64,000 nucleotides of DNA from Ranitomeya imitator (taxonomy: Eukaryota): positions 408,270,001 through 408,334,000 of the forward strand of contig NC_091287.1 of NCBI RefSeq assembly GCF_032444005.1, given 5' to 3'. The translations under genes were made by a program, and so were the position numbers. The notes beneath the pieces were generated by a model. The model was not told the origin of the DNA, did no database searches, and saw nothing but the letters and a program-made list of their open reading frames with translations. This document shows, piece by piece, positions 63,673-64,000 of this stretch; positions within the stretch are counted from its first letter, which is position 1; each line of letters opens with the position of its first letter.

Positions 63673-64000
63673 TACTTCATCACTCAAATCTACAGAGATA
63701 CCCCGGTTTCCAAGACACTCTCCTGTCCTGGTTTTCTTCTCTCCTGATCTCCATTTCATATTTGTCCTGACACTGAACGGACGATTCTTTTCCCTTTCCT
63801 TGTCGCTACTGACTAGTGACATAGATGAAGGAGGATGACAGCGTGACTCAGTTTATAAACTGTCAGCTAACTCTCTGTCTCTGCATCAGCCGTGATGAAA
63901 AAAAAAAGGGGCTTGCTAACTATTTAGAAGCCCACTATCGGGACATACAATTAGGTTGAGAATCCAGTACCAGGTGAGGGCGCTGAATTTAGGACTTGAC

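Larger units (their letters stand above)
2129..64000 (-). other. cdh2: Part of the large intron upstream of the exon (cdh2 intron 2)
   Basis: No exon-2-like sequence (LCKTGF..EDVY..EGQPLLN) was found by eye on the minus strand; vertebrate CDH2 intron 2 is known to be very large. Confidence 0.7.

Overview
Eukaryotic (vertebrate) DNA. The cadherin sequence and repeat families point to an anuran amphibian, possibly a hyloid/dendrobatid frog (inference). The only host coding sequence I can support is one 230-bp minus-strand exon (1899-2128) encoding part of the N-cadherin (cdh2) prodomain, equivalent to mammalian exon 3. Positions 2129-64000 therefore appear to be part of the very large cdh2 intron 2; I found neither exon 2 nor exon 4. 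The intron is packed with repeats: one apparently intact 1606-bp Tc1/DD34E transposon (340-aa ORF, 208-bp IR/DR ends, TA TSD), a decayed Passport-like Tc1, many MITEs (PIF/Harbinger-like, hAT-like, TTAA/T2-like, Tc1/Tigger-like), V-SINE/L2 tails and several minisatellites. The most notable signal is a set of short, mutually dissimilar elements that carry minimal type I hammerhead-ribozyme motifs with palindromic helix III, typical of Penelope-like retroelement pLTRs. Three are fold-back insertions with 14-15-bp target-site duplications (8778-9080, 39074-39637, 55486-55778), and their inversion or lesion falls at the ribozyme. A fourth (about 61010-62126) has a canonical core inside a perfect 209-bp inverted repeat. 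All four best motifs lie on the cdh2 pre-mRNA strand. All alignments and folds were done by eye; most long ORFs in the supplied track are repeat artefacts.
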